64,000 nt of DNA from an uncultured Candidatus Binatia bacterium (GTDB taxonomy: Bacteria > Desulfobacterota > Binatia > Bin18). Under the pieces are notes generated by a model that made no database searches, was not told where the DNA came from, and saw only the letters and a list, made by a program, of their open reading frames with translations. Positions within the stretch are counted from its first letter, which is position 1; each line of letters starts with the position of its first letter. A program made the translations under genes and the position numbers. Where the stretch lies: the NCBI GenBank assembly GCA_965200965.1, contig OZ241744.1:32001-96000 (forward strand), written 5' to 3'. This document shows positions 53,779 through 64,000 of the stretch, piece after piece.

Positions 53779-56667
53779 TCAGACCCGGCCTTTGCCACCA
53801 TGTACGGAGGGTTCGGCGCACCATTTGGCGGCCAAGCGACGCACGGCCTTCCAGGTGGCTTCGGTGAAGCCGAGCAGGTCGCGGACGACACCGCGGTCGA
53901 GCCGGGCGCGGTTGGGGTCGGCCGCGGCCAAGTGGGCCGGCAGCAATACTGTGGTGCGGAACTCGTCGAAGATGGCCCGGGCGGTAGCAAGCTGGGCGGG
54001 GCTGAGGGCGCGGAAGTCAAGGACAGGCAGGGTTTCGGCGGAGCGGATGGTGAGCCGGGCCTTGCTGGATTGCTGGCGGCTCGAGTGCCACCAGTACGAT
54101 AGGAGGCCCAGGGTGCTGTTGCTCCACACGGCGAAGGCGTAATCGAATGTTCCATCGTCAAAAATGACGTTGGGCCACACCGTCCCGCCTATTGATGCGT
54201 GATCGGTGAAGGCGACTGCGAGGGGTTGAGAGCCAAATGTGTACTCCAGGTTAAGATGAACGCGGCTGGCGGTTGCCCATACCTCGGCGGCTTTGGTTTC
54301 CATGCCTATCCGAACCTGCAAGGCCGAGTCAGGGGCGCACACCATCCGCGTTTCTTTTTTGGCAGCGTGGTTCCACAGGGCGGGGTAGGTGGCGGTCGGG
54401 CTGGCCGCGGCCTTGGTGAACGGCCCACGCGGGGGCGGGCCGATGATGTCACGATGGACGAGGCCGAGCCTGCCTACCACGCCTAGGGGAGCGGTTTTCA
54501 GCTCAAGGGCGGCGGTGGCCGGCAGCCACAGTTGGGAGCGGGTCAGGGCGTAGGCGGTTTGGGCCAGGGCAGCATCCAGCAGCCGGACTGTGCCCCACGG
54601 TGCGCCGTTGGTGGGGCACGGGGCGGTCAGCGTCTCGCCGGCCAGTTCATCCCCGACGGTCAGGCGTGTGCCGCCGTAGGGGCCGTCTTCAATGTGCCGG
54701 ATGTTGTCGGCCGTGGCGATGCTTCTGGCCAGTTCGGCGGCCTGGGCAAAGCCCTGCGGGCGGTGGGTCAAGGAGACGAAACGGGCCGCCTGTAGGGCGT
54801 CGTCCGACTTGGCGTCACGGCGTTTGCGGGCAATGACCAGGCATTCGGCCATGCCCGTGTCTGAGGAGAAGGACATCTCCATGCCGGAGGCGGCAATGCT
54901 CAACACGGTCAGGTCTGTATATTTTTGGGCGAGCATATGCCGGAAGCCCTGCCAGGACAGGCCGGCGGCCGCGGACAGGGGCAGGACCAGGGCCAGCACG
55001 CCGCCGGGCTTGAGCTTGGCGTGGGCCAAGCCGGCAAAGGCCGAGGCAATGCCTGCGTTGCCGTGATAGCAACTGTGCTTGCCAAAGGTGTTGATGCGGG
55101 CTCCCATCGCGGTCTGGTCGGCCCGCGTGGCGTCAAACGCGGCAAAAGCCGGGTTGGTCACGTCGGCGTGTGCGCCCTCGTGGTTGGTGGCGCGGGTGAA
55201 AGGCGGGTTCATAATCACCAAGTCAAAACCCTCGTCTGGAATATCGGCCAGAATGTGGGTGGCGGTTTCTTCGCCAAGGCTGCCGGTGCGCTTGGCCGGA
55301 TCGCTGGTGTTGAGGAGTACCAATTGCCGGGTGGAGTGCAGCAGTTCCAGTGAGCCGATCTTCACGCTGGCGTCTGGCTGGCGGCCGTAGGCCAGGGTGT
55401 AGAGGCGCGAGCTGCCAAAGCTGGCTTGGGGCTGGACGCCGGACAGGGTGGAGCCGGTGATGTGGATGGCTGAGGGCATCACGTCGCAGCCGTACAGGAC
55501 TTCTTCCATCATGACCGGATGGAGGTCGGCCGGGTTGCCGCCGGTGCGCTCGTGGCGGCTGGCGATCTGCTCGTAGACCGCGGACAGCAGCGCGCCGGTG
55601 CCGCAGGCAAAGTCGGCGATGCGCAGCCGGCCAATGGCCGCGGGGTCGGCCCAGTCCAGGCCGCGGAGCTTGGCCACAGCCAAGCGGGCCAGCAGGGCCG
55701 CGGAGGCCGGCAGGGTGTAGAAGGTGGCCAGGTATTTGCGGTCGGCAATCAGACGCTGGAAGATGCGCCCGGTCAGGTCATGGGCGTTGGTGGCACCGGT
55801 GGAGGCGACGCCTTCGGCGGTGTGTCGCAGGGCGTGCAGGAGGGGGGCGGCGGTGGCCGGTGGCAGTTGGGCCACGATATCGCGGGCAATCGCAAAGATG
55901 GGCCAGTAGTTGATGTCCAGGATGGCGGTCCAGGCGGTCAGGATTTCATCCTGGGGGTTGGTGACAGCTTGGCCACAGACGAGGTGCAGGGGCTTGACCT
56001 CGGGGTACATACCGGCCAGCCGCTCGTGGAAGATCAGGGCGTTGGCAAGAATGGCGCAGGCCATGCGGCGGGTCTGGGCCACATCGGCCATGCCCAGCAG
56101 CCGGGCGATATGGGGGGCAATGGCCGGGCGTTGCTCGGCCATGTCGTGCAGGATGCTCACGCCGGCGTCAATGCCGTCCTCGAGGGCGCTGGCCGCGGCG
56201 TCTACGGCGTGCTGGGGGATGGACACGAGGCGGATCAGGTCGGCCAGATCGGCAACTGAGCCGGTCAGCCAGCCGGCGGCGGGAAAGCGCTGTGTATCCT
56301 GCTTATTCTGGCTGAAGACGCACCAGGACAGCGTGGCCCCGGCTATGGCCGCTTGCAGATCGTCGGCGGAAGCCAGGGTTTGCGGGTAGCGCAGGGCGAT
56401 AGCGGCCTCAATGGGGGTGGATTCGTGCACGACCGGCAAACCGAGACGGCTCGCAGCCTCGGCCTCGACGCTGCGGGCCGGGAAGTATTCGGCTTCAAGT
56501 GCGACCGGGGCGCGGTCCGGGGCGGTGATGGCGATGTCGAGTTGCAGCCCGGCATGGCCGGCGACAAGCCGGGTGTGCTCGGCCCGGACCTGGCAGCCGG
56601 ACATCATGCCGTTCAGCAGCCCGGCCAGGGCGGTGTTGGCGCTTGGTTCGGTCTGGTGGCCGCTCAT
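53779..56667 (-). CDS. single-chain restriction-modification protein (type IIG-like: nuclease-like N-terminus, N6-adenine methyltransferase, target-recognition domain)
   Basis: ATFYT, IADFACGTGALL (motif I), VIMNPPF (motif IV); N-terminal LDIAI...ALEAEY PD-(D/E)xK-like segment. Confidence 0.8.
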   Translation of the reverse strand: MSGHQTEPSANTALAGLLNGMMSGCQVRAEHTRLVAGHAGLQLDIAITAPDRAPVALEAEYFPARSVEAEAASRLGLPVVHESTPIEAAIALRYPQTLASADDLQAAIAGATLSWCVFSQNKQDTQRFPAAGWLTGSVADLADLIRLVSIPQHAVDAAASALEDGIDAGVSILHDMAEQRPAIAPHIARLLGMADVAQTRRMACAILANALIFHERLAGMYPEVKPLHLVCGQAVTNPQDEILTAWTAILDINYWPIFAIARDIVAQLPPATAAPLLHALRHTAEGVASTGATNAHDLTGRIFQRLIADRKYLATFYTLPASAALLARLAVAKLRGLDWADPAAIGRLRIADFACGTGALLSAVYEQIASRHERTGGNPADLHPVMMEEVLYGCDVMPSAIHITGSTLSGVQPQASFGSSRLYTLAYGRQPDASVKIGSLELLHSTRQLVLLNTSDPAKRTGSLGEETATHILADIPDEGFDLVIMNPPFTRATNHEGAHADVTNPAFAAFDATRADQTAMGARINTFGKHSCYHGNAGIASAFAGLAHAKLKPGGVLALVLPLSAAAGLSWQGFRHMLAQKYTDLTVLSIAASGMEMSFSSDTGMAECLVIARKRRDAKSDDALQAARFVSLTHRPQGFAQAAELARSIATADNIRHIEDGPYGGTRLTVGDELAGETLTAPCPTNGAPWGTVRLLDAALAQTAYALTRSQLWLPATAALELKTAPLGVVGRLGLVHRDIIGPPPRGPFTKAAASPTATYPALWNHAAKKETRMVCAPDSALQVRIGMETKAAEVWATASRVHLNLEYTFGSQPLAVAFTDHASIGGTVWPNVIFDDGTFDYAFAVWSNSTLGLLSYWWHSSRQQSSKARLTIRSAETLPVLDFRALSPAQLATARAIFDEFRTTVLLPAHLAAADPNRARLDRGVVRDLLGFTEATWKAVRRLAAKWCAEPSVHGGKGRV

Positions 56668-56683
56668 GCGTTCTTCCTCCTGC

Positions 56684-57136
56684 CTAGACCTGGCCCAACT
56701 GGCGCAGGGCCTCGTATAGCACGATGGCCGCGGCGTTGGACAGGTTCAGGCTGCGGACGTGTTGGCCCGGCATGGGGATGGTGTACAGGGACTCGGCTAA
56801 CTCGGCCCGGATAGAGGCTGGCAGGCCGCGCGTTTCACTGCCAAACACCAGCAGATCGTCGGGCCGATAGCAGACCTGGGTGTAGGACTCAGTGGCCCGG
56901 GCCGAGAAGGCCAGCAGCCGCCCGACGGGCCGCCGGCGGAGAAATTCGCCCCAATCCGCATAGGTCTGCACAGCGACATGCGGCCAGTAGTCCAGGCCGG
57001 CCCGCTTGAGATAGCGGTCTTCAAGGGAGAAGCCGAGGGGACCGACGAGGTGAAAGGCGGTGTGTGTGGCCGCGCACAGCCGGGCGGTGGTGCCGCTGTT
57101 GGGCGGAATCTCGGGCGCAACAAAGACGATGTGCAT
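56684..57136 (-). CDS. trmL: tRNA (cytidine(34)-2'-O)-methyltransferase
   Basis: PEIPPNSG, LKRAGLDYW, FGSETRGLP, RSLNLSN. Confidence 0.93.
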   Translation of the reverse strand: MHIVFVAPEIPPNSGTTARLCAATHTAFHLVGPLGFSLEDRYLKRAGLDYWPHVAVQTYADWGEFLRRRPVGRLLAFSARATESYTQVCYRPDDLLVFGSETRGLPASIRAELAESLYTIPMPGQHVRSLNLSNAAAIVLYEALRQLGQV

Positions 57137-57140
57137 GGGG

Positions 57141-57620
57141 TCAGGACTGAGGATCGGCCACGGAGATGGGGTAGGCGGTGTCGTTGAGGCGCAGGACAAA
57201 CGCCCCGGTCTCAGGCTCTTCGTCAATATAGGCGGCCAGTTGATAGTAGGCCGGGCGGGAGAAACGGGCCAGGTGGGCGTGTCCTTTGACCCGGCAGTAC
57301 ACGACATTGTCCGGTCCGATGTGCAGCGTGTCAGGGCTGAGGGCTTCTTCGCTGGTGTCGTTCAAGCGGACCCTGAGACCCCGGTCACGGTCGCCGCCCA
57401 GCGCGGTCACAAGGTAGGGCGCGTCGTCGATCTCAACCGTGGCCGTGTCCCGACCCAGCACAATCTGGTAGCGGCCGTCTTCAGTCCGCCGCAGATGTTG
57501 GCTGAACAGCAGGTTGATGCGCCGGTTTTCGATCCGCTCGTCATTGGCGTACCACCAGCCGTCTTTCCCAAAGCTGATCGTGCGGATGGAGTCAATCGCC
57601 CAGAATCCTGCTTTTGGCAT
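57141..57620 (-). CDS. DUF1285-like protein
   Basis: DGWWYANDERI, VEIDDAPY, YCRVK..ARFSRPAYYQL. Confidence 0.8.
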   Translation of the reverse strand: MPKAGFWAIDSIRTISFGKDGWWYANDERIENRRINLLFSQHLRRTEDGRYQIVLGRDTATVEIDDAPYLVTALGGDRDRGLRVRLNDTSEEALSPDTLHIGPDNVVYCRVKGHAHLARFSRPAYYQLAAYIDEEPETGAFVLRLNDTAYPISVADPQS

Positions 57621-57644
57621 ACGCCTTCGTCTCCCGCGCGTCGG

Positions 57645-58103
57645 TTATCTGGCCCGCGACTCGTTCACGTTGTCCAGGATGATCGTCACTGGCCCGTCGT
57701 TCACTACCTCGACGGCCATATCGGCCTGGAAGCGGCCGGTGGCCACCCGGATGTTGTGGCTCCTGGTCCGCTCTACAAAATACGCGTACAACGGGCGGGC
57801 CAGCTCGGGGCCGGCCGCGGCACTGAACGACGGCCGCCGGCCCTTGCGGCAATCGGCGTACAGGGTGAACTGTGACACGATGAGCAACTCGCCCCCAAGG
57901 TCACGCAGGGAACGGTTGAATGTGCCGGTCTGGTCCGAAAAGATGCGCAGCCCGATAATTTTATTGCTGAGATAGTCGGCCTGCGCCCGGGTGTCGTCGG
58001 CCCGAATGCCGAGCAGGACGACCAAGCCATGCCCAATCTGGCCGATGCACTCCCCGTCTACCGAAACCTGGGCGTGGCTCACCCGCTGAATGACTGCTCG
58101 CAT
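57645..58103 (-). CDS. dtd: D-aminoacyl-tRNA deacylase
   Basis: MRAVIQRV, VSQFTL, KGRRPSF, NDGPVT. Confidence 0.95.
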   Translation of the reverse strand: MRAVIQRVSHAQVSVDGECIGQIGHGLVVLLGIRADDTRAQADYLSNKIIGLRIFSDQTGTFNRSLRDLGGELLIVSQFTLYADCRKGRRPSFSAAAGPELARPLYAYFVERTRSHNIRVATGRFQADMAVEVVNDGPVTIILDNVNESRAR

Positions 58104-58238
58104 CTGCCTGTAGTGTTAGCCGACTCCCGGCCAGCAGACAAGCGCGCCCGCCTGGTATCGCCGAGGACGGAATGTGTCATCAGATCAACAGGAAGGCGAC
58201 ATGTTCCATCCTTCCGGTCTGTCGGCTATGATTCGAAT

Positions 58239-59006
58239 ATGCATCCGGTTCTCCTCAGCCTCGGACCCGTAACCATTTACAGCTATGGGGTAATGATGGC
58301 GTTCGGCTTTGTGGCCGCCGGCTGGGTGATCAGAAAGGAGTTGCAAGGCCAGGGCCGAGAGCCAGACCTGGCGGCCAGCTTGGTGCTGTGGGCGGCCGTG
58401 GGCGGCCTGGTCGGTGCCCGCCTGCTGTTTATTCTCGATACTTGGCCGGCGTTTGTGGCCGATCCCTTGGCGTTGATCCTGACCGGGGCCGGCTTTATCT
58501 GGTACGGCGGTCTGCTGGGCGGGATTGCCGGGGTGAGCCTGTGTATTCGGCGCTATCGGCTGCCCTGGCTGCGGACAATGGATATCGTCGCGCCGGCCAT
58601 TGCGCTCGGCCACGGCATTGGCCGGATTGGCTGCCATCTGGCCGGTGACGGCGACTGGGGACCGCCGACCGATTTGCCCTGGGGCGTGGTGTATAGTCAG
58701 GCGGTTGTCGGCTGGCCGTACCCGCCGGGGGTGGCCGTCCACCCCACACCGCTGTACGAATGGGCCGCCTATTCCCTCATCTTTGTCTTTTTGTGGCACC
58801 GCCGGACCACCGCCCATCGGCCCGGTGCCCTGTTTTGGGGCTATCTGGTGCTGGCCGGGCTGGCGCGTTTTGGGCTGGAGTTTGTCCGTATCAATCCAGG
58901 CGTACTGTTGGGGCTGTCTCTGGCCCAGGTGATGAGCATTCCCCTGGTCGCCTGTGGGGCGTGTATGCTGCTCAGACCTGCCGGGGCCGAGGAGAAGGCC
59001 AGGTGA
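58239..59006 (+). CDS. lgt: prolipoprotein diacylglyceryl transferase
   Basis: YSYGVM, GARL, WYGGLLG, GRIGCHLAG, HPTPLYE, RFGLEFVR. Confidence 0.93.
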   Translation: MHPVLLSLGPVTIYSYGVMMAFGFVAAGWVIRKELQGQGREPDLAASLVLWAAVGGLVGARLLFILDTWPAFVADPLALILTGAGFIWYGGLLGGIAGVSLCIRRYRLPWLRTMDIVAPAIALGHGIGRIGCHLAGDGDWGPPTDLPWGVVYSQAVVGWPYPPGVAVHPTPLYEWAAYSLIFVFLWHRRTTAHRPGALFWGYLVLAGLARFGLEFVRINPGVLLGLSLAQVMSIPLVACGACMLLRPAGAEEKAR

Positions 59007-59584
59007 GAAAGTGGGGTGTCCTTGGTCTGGTCGTACTGGGGTGTGGGTTTGTCCTGCTCACCCTCCTTCCCGCTGGGCCGAGCCTGCCAAAAGCCGCCGA
59101 GGATTTTGTGTTGCCCGACATCCACGGGCAGGTCGTGCGGCTGTCGCAGTTGAAGGGCAAGGTGGTTTTTCTCAATGTGTGGACGACCTGGTGTCCGCCG
59201 TGTCGCCAGGAGATGCCGACCATGCAGACCCTCTACCGCCAGCTCCAGGGCGAAGACTTTACGGTGCTGGCCGTCAGCCAGGACGTGGATGGTCACAAGA
59301 CCGTGGTGTCGTATCTGAGTGAAGGCGGCTATACCTTCCCGGTTTTGTTAGATGTGCGTGGGGAAGTTGGCAGGAAATACGGGGTGAGCGGCTATCCAGA
59401 GACCTTTCTGATTGATCGCCAAGGCATGATTGTGCATCACCATATCGGCTACAACAACTGGGCCAGTCCCGAGTCTGTCGCCGCGGTCCGGGGGCTGATT
59501 CAGCACGGGGTGTGGACACCGCCGCCGGGTGCGGACACGCCCGGCGAACAGTTGCCGCTGCGGCCCTCGCGGCCTGAGCGTTGA
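59003..59584 (+). CDS. TlpA/ResA family thiol-disulfide oxidoreductase
   Basis: N-terminal TM; KGKVVFLNVWTTWCPPCRQEMP, YPETFLIDRQG. Confidence 0.9.
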   Translation: MRKWGVLGLVVLGCGFVLLTLLPAGPSLPKAAEDFVLPDIHGQVVRLSQLKGKVVFLNVWTTWCPPCRQEMPTMQTLYRQLQGEDFTVLAVSQDVDGHKTVVSYLSEGGYTFPVLLDVRGEVGRKYGVSGYPETFLIDRQGMIVHHHIGYNNWASPESVAAVRGLIQHGVWTPPPGADTPGEQLPLRPSRPER

Positions 59585-59772
59585 GACCTGCGTCGTGCGG
59601 TGTGGGTCAGGCCCGACCCGCGAATAACCCTATACCGGCCTCGGGTGAGTATGCTATGGTCACGGCTCTCGGCCTGTGACAGCGGAAGCTGCTGGAAAGA
59701 AGGACGGATTGCGTCGCCTTCCCCTCGTTCTGTTGACGCGAGCCGTCCTCATGGACTGTGAAAGGGGCACAC

Positions 59773-61173
59773 ATGATGCGCGATCGGCGAAAAAGGATTG
59801 GTATCGGCCTGCTCGTCACGACGCTCGGGATTGGAGCAGTGCTGCTCGGCAGCCACGGGTTTGATCGCGTTGCGGCTGTTGGGCGCGAGGATTATGAAGG
59901 TCTGGAATCGTTCTCCAATGTGCTGGCCATCGTGCAGAAAAACTATGTCCAAGAGGTAAAAACCAGCCAGTTGGTTGAGGGGGCGATTGACGGCATGTTG
60001 ACCGCCCTTGACCCTCACAGCGCCTATCTCACCCCCGATTTGTACCGCGAGCTTCAGGTAGACACCGAGGGCAGTTTTGGCGGATTAGGCATTGAGATTA
60101 CGCTGCGTGACGGTCTGCTGACCGTGGTCTCCCCGATCGAGGATACGCCGGCCTATCGCGCCGGGGTCAAAGCCGGGGACCAGATCGTCAAGATCGACGG
60201 AGAACTGACCAAAGACCTGACCCTGCTCGAAGCGGTCAAAAGGATGCGCGGTCCGCAGGGCAGTCAGGTGACGATTTCTGTCCGACGCGAGGGGGTTGAC
60301 CGCTTTCTTGATATTTCGCTGACCCGTGAGGTGATTAAAATCAGGAGTGTCAAGTCAAAACTCCTGGAGCCAGGCTATGGCTATATCCGCCTGACCCAGT
60401 TTCAGGACCGAACCACGGCCGACCTTGAAGACGCGCTCGCGCGCTTCAGCCAGAACGGCCAGGAACTCAAGGGGCTGGTGCTTGACCTGCGCAGCAATCC
60501 CGGCGGACTGCTGAGCCAGGCGGTCAAGGTGGCCGACGTGTTTCTCGACAGCGGCATGATCGTGTATACCAAAGGCCGGCTTAATACCCAGCAGCAGAAA
60601 TATCTCGCCCACCCCGGCGGACATACCGGGTTCCCCCTCGTCGTGCTGGTCAATAACGGCAGCGCAAGCGCGTCCGAGATTGTGGCCGGCGCGGTCCAGG
60701 ATCACGGGCGGGCGGTGGTCTTAGGCACCCAGACCTTTGGCAAAGGCTCGGTCCAGACCATCTTGCCCCTGGAAAATGGTGATGCCCTGCGCCTGACCAC
60801 CGCCATGTATTACACGCCCAACGGCCGTTCGATTCAGGTCACCGGCGTCAAGCCCGACCACATCGTTGAGAATGTTCTGCCCGAGCACATCGCCGCCAAC
60901 CGCCAGCGGGGGATCCGAGAGGAAAATCTGCGCGGGCATCTTGACAATACAATGTCCCAGGAAACGTCACCGACCCAGGTCCAGAGTATTCAGGCCGCGC
61001 CCAACCCCTCCACGCCACTGTCGCCCGACGCCTCCGCGGATGAGGAAGCGATCAAAGAGGGCGAGTTGGGCAAAGACCCCCAGCTTGATAGAGCCCTGGA
61101 ACTGCTCAGGTCCTGGCCGGGCATCCCTGCCACAAGCGTTGCCGCGGCCCCGCCCGTAGACAGACAAGAGTAA
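59773..61173 (+). CDS. ctpA: S41 family carboxyl-terminal processing protease
   Basis: LDPHS, FGGLGIE PDZ domain, LDLRSNPGGLL, SASASEIVAGA, TFGKGSVQ. Confidence 0.93.
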   Translation: MMRDRRKRIGIGLLVTTLGIGAVLLGSHGFDRVAAVGREDYEGLESFSNVLAIVQKNYVQEVKTSQLVEGAIDGMLTALDPHSAYLTPDLYRELQVDTEGSFGGLGIEITLRDGLLTVVSPIEDTPAYRAGVKAGDQIVKIDGELTKDLTLLEAVKRMRGPQGSQVTISVRREGVDRFLDISLTREVIKIRSVKSKLLEPGYGYIRLTQFQDRTTADLEDALARFSQNGQELKGLVLDLRSNPGGLLSQAVKVADVFLDSGMIVYTKGRLNTQQQKYLAHPGGHTGFPLVVLVNNGSASASEIVAGAVQDHGRAVVLGTQTFGKGSVQTILPLENGDALRLTTAMYYTPNGRSIQVTGVKPDHIVENVLPEHIAANRQRGIREENLRGHLDNTMSQETSPTQVQSIQAAPNPSTPLSPDASADEEAIKEGELGKDPQLDRALELLRSWPGIPATSVAAAPPVDRQE

Positions 61174-61180
61174 GCGGTCA

Positions 61181-62452
61181 ATGACACCTTCTGCGCCGTC
61201 CCGCGGCCTGCCTGCCCGGCAGTCTCACGCTCCTGTCCTGTCCGTGTCTGAGTTGACCGCCCGGATCAAGGGGGTATTGGAGGCCGACTTTGACGAGGTG
61301 TGGGTGGCGGGTGAAATCTCGGGGCTGCGCAGCCCGCCTTCGGGTCACAGGTATTTTACCCTCAAGGACAGGACCAGCCAGTTGCGCTGTGTCATGTTCC
61401 GCGGCCAGGCCGGATTGCTCCGTTTTCGGCCCGAAGACGGCCTGGAGGTCATCATTCGAGGTCGTATCGGCTTGTATCCGGCGCGTGGTGATATGCAGCT
61501 GTACGCCTCGGGCATGGAGCCGCGCGGAGTTGGAGCGCAACAACTGGCGCTTGAACAACTGAAGGCCGCCCTGGAGGCTGAAGGGCTGTTTGCCGCGGAG
61601 CGGAAAAAACCCCTGCCGTTTTTTCCCCGTCATGTAGGGGTGGTCACTGCCCAGACCGGAGCCGCCATTCACGATATTCTGACGATTGTGTACCAGCGTT
61701 GCGCGTACACCCATGTCCTGCTCCGGCCAGCAAAGGTTCAGGGGGCCGGAGCCGAGGCTGAGATTGCGGCCGGCATCCGAGAGCTCAATGAGCATGCCGA
61801 GGCCGAGGTCATCATTGTTGGCCGGGGCGGCGGGTCGCGGGAGGACCTGAGCGTCTTTAATGACGAGGTAGTGGCCCGCGCCATTGCCGCCTCTGAGATT
61901 CCGGTGGTGGCCGCGGTGGGCCACGAAATTGATCTCAGTATTGCCGATCTGGTTGCCGATAGACGCGCCCCGACCCCGACCGCGGCGGCCGAGATGGTGA
62001 TGCCGCGCTGGGACGATTTGCAGGCCCGTATCGGCACCCAGGCGCGGGCCCTGGTCATGGCCATGCAACGCCACATGAGCCGGCGGCGTCAGGCGGTGTT
62101 GAGTCTGCGCCAACGTTTGCGCGATCCCCACCACGACCTCGGCGTCCGACGCAATCAGCTCCACGCCCTGGCAGCACACTTGCGGGGCGCGTTCCAGCGC
62201 CGGGGCGAGCGAGCCCAGGCCCGGCTCCAGGAACTCAGCGCCACCCTGAACAGCCTGAGCCCCTTGGCGGTCTTAGGCCGGGGCTATAGTCTCACGCGGA
62301 CGATTCCCGACGGCAGGGTGGTCGCCAACGCCGGACAGCTCAGGCCGGGCGGTCGTGTCCGCCTGATGTTTGCCGCAGGAGAAGCAATTGCCCGCATAGA
62401 GCAGATACAGGAGGGAGAGGAGCAGGGTGAAACAGCCGCCGAAAACGTTTGA
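61181..62452 (+). CDS. xseA: exodeoxyribonuclease VII large subunit
   Basis: GEISG, GHRYFTLKD, GRGGGSREDL, VGHEID, RAPTPTAAAE. Confidence 0.95.
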   Translation: MTPSAPSRGLPARQSHAPVLSVSELTARIKGVLEADFDEVWVAGEISGLRSPPSGHRYFTLKDRTSQLRCVMFRGQAGLLRFRPEDGLEVIIRGRIGLYPARGDMQLYASGMEPRGVGAQQLALEQLKAALEAEGLFAAERKKPLPFFPRHVGVVTAQTGAAIHDILTIVYQRCAYTHVLLRPAKVQGAGAEAEIAAGIRELNEHAEAEVIIVGRGGGSREDLSVFNDEVVARAIAASEIPVVAAVGHEIDLSIADLVADRRAPTPTAAAEMVMPRWDDLQARIGTQARALVMAMQRHMSRRRQAVLSLRQRLRDPHHDLGVRRNQLHALAAHLRGAFQRRGERAQARLQELSATLNSLSPLAVLGRGYSLTRTIPDGRVVANAGQLRPGGRVRLMFAAGEAIARIEQIQEGEEQGETAAENV

Positions 62453-62687
62453 GGCCGGGTTGCACGATTTGGAAGGGATTGTGGAGCGGATGGAAACCGG
62501 GGAGCTGTCGCTTGAGGACGCCCTGGGGGCTTTTGAGGAAGGGGTTGGTCTGGTCCGTCATCTGGGCGAGAAACTGGCCGAGGTTGAGAAGCGCCTGGAG
62601 GTGCTCAGCCGCGATCAGGACGGCGTGTTCCAGCTTCACGCCCTGCCCACTGACCCCGAAGACCAGGCACAGAACGAGGACTCGTGA
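62427..62687 (+). CDS. xseB: exodeoxyribonuclease VII small subunit
   Basis: FEAGLHDLEGIVERMETGELSLEDALGAFEEG. Confidence 0.93.
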   Translation: MKQPPKTFEAGLHDLEGIVERMETGELSLEDALGAFEEGVGLVRHLGEKLAEVEKRLEVLSRDQDGVFQLHALPTDPEDQAQNEDS

Positions 62688-63589
62688 ATCTGACCCGCTA
62701 TATGAAAGAACGCCAAGGGCTGGTTGACCGGACGCTCAGAGCCGTTCTGGCCCCGTCCGCGGGGAAACCGCCCCGGGCCTTGGACCGAGCCATGCGCTAT
62801 AGTCTGTTTTCCGGTGGCAAGCGCATTCGTCCCATTCTGGCCCTGGCCAGTGCTGAGGCGCTCGGCGCAGACCTCGAGCCGGTCCTGCCGTTTGCCTGTG
62901 GCCTGGAGATGATCCATGCCTATTCCTTGGTCCACGACGATCTGCCAGCTATGGATGACGACGAGCTGCGGCGGGGCAAACCGACCAATCATGTGGCGTT
63001 TGGCGAAGGCATGGCGATTTTGGCCGGCGACGGGCTGCTGACCGAGGCGTTTCGGGTGATGGCCGAAGGCGCGCTGGCCGCCCCTCGGCGGGGGCAGGCG
63101 GCGCTCCGGGCGCTGTGCGAGGTGGCTGCCGCGGCCGGTGCCAGCGGCATGGTGGGCGGACAGGTCCTGGACCTGGAGGCCGAAAAGAAAAAATCGACCC
63201 GCGCCATCGTTGAGGCGATTCATACCCGGAAAACCGGAGCGATGATTCGCGCCGCTGTCCGGGTTGGGGCGCTGCTGGGCGGTGCCACGCCCCGCCAATA
63301 CGAGCGCTTGGACCGGTATGGAACGACGATTGGCTTGGCCTTTCAGGTGACGGACGACATTCTGGATATCGAAGGCGGCACAGAAAAAACCGGCAAACGC
63401 CAGGGCCGCGACGCCGAGCTGCACAAAGCCACCTATCCGGCCGCCATCGGCCTTGACCGGGCCAAACGCCTGGCCGGCGAGTTGCGCGAGGACGCGCTGG
63501 CGGCTCTTGAGCCTTTTGGGCCGACGGCTGAGCCGCTGCGTCAGCTCTGTCACCATATTGTCAACCGGGCCGTGCCGGCCCAAACGTGA
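62684..63589 (+). CDS. ispA: farnesyl/geranyl diphosphate synthase
   Basis: [40 protein letters not shown]. Confidence 0.94.
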   Translation: MNLTRYMKERQGLVDRTLRAVLAPSAGKPPRALDRAMRYSLFSGGKRIRPILALASAEALGADLEPVLPFACGLEMIHAYSLVHDDLPAMDDDELRRGKPTNHVAFGEGMAILAGDGLLTEAFRVMAEGALAAPRRGQAALRALCEVAAAAGASGMVGGQVLDLEAEKKKSTRAIVEAIHTRKTGAMIRAAVRVGALLGGATPRQYERLDRYGTTIGLAFQVTDDILDIEGGTEKTGKRQGRDAELHKATYPAAIGLDRAKRLAGELREDALAALEPFGPTAEPLRQLCHHIVNRAVPAQT

Positions 63590-64000
63590 CAGCCGCCGCG
63601 TTTCCCCTCCCCGTCCACACTGTGGTTGATCGTAAACACACATCCCGACGCGAACGCCTCGACGTGCTGACCGCCCGGCGCGGCCTGACCGCCAGCCGTG
63701 AGCAGGCCCGGCGGCTCATTATGGCCGGTGCCGTGGTGGTCAATGACCAACGTATTGACAAGCCCGGCACCCTGGTCGATAGCGCGGCTCGCGTCCGCAT
63801 CAAGGACCGCGCCCGCCCGCGCTACGTCAGCCGTGGCGGCCTCAAGTTGGAAGCCGCGCTGCGGGCCTTTTCCCTGGAGGTCTCGGGACGGGTCGCCCTT
63901 GATGTCGGTGCCTCGACCGGTGGCTTCACCGACTGCCTGCTGCAACACGGCGCGGCGCAGGTTTTTGCCGTTGATGTCGGCTATGGGCAACTGGCCTGGT
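63586..64000 (+). CDS. tlyA: TlyA family rRNA methyltransferase, 5' part; runs off the window edge
   Basis: Manual translation: [56 protein letters not shown]; start 63586 or 63622. Confidence 0.92.
   Translation, partial: MTAAAFPLPVHTVVDRKHTSRRERLDVLTARRGLTASREQARRLIMAGAVVVNDQRIDKPGTLVDSAARVRIKDRARPRYVSRGGLKLEAALRAFSLEVSGRVALDVGASTGGFTDCLLQHGAAQVFAVDVGYGQLAW

Overview
GC-rich bacterial chromosome segment, probably a deltaproteobacterium-like lineage (inferred from gene content only). Housekeeping genes flank the window: epimerase, pgsA, nadB, purF/L/Q/S/B, lpxA and yacG on the left; trmL, dtd, lgt, tlpA, ctpA, xseAB, ispA and tlyA on the right. The left arm also carries tRNA-Cys, tRNA-Gly and a stand-alone 5S rRNA. 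The centre (11-43 kb) looks like a surface-layer locus: partial type II secretion genes, a probable S-layer protein, a lipoprotein, Wzm/Wzt, methyltransferases, glycosyltransferases, a priming transferase and an O-ligase/OTase. Embedded in it is a micropeptide + kinase-methyltransferase + Thr-type phosphotransferase module whose transferase gene is duplicated, with one copy frameshifted at a G12 tract. Features the ORF track misses: a DCC-family oxidoreductase with an in-frame UGA and SECIS-like hairpin (candidate selenoprotein); a 51-bp palindrome inserted in frame, in opposite orientations, into two adjacent genes; a repeat-punctuated array of small putative defence genes with no integrase in the window, next to a restriction-modification gene; and a toxin-tip remnant coupled to a SMI1/KNR4 immunity gene. 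All family assignments are from motif recognition, not database searches.
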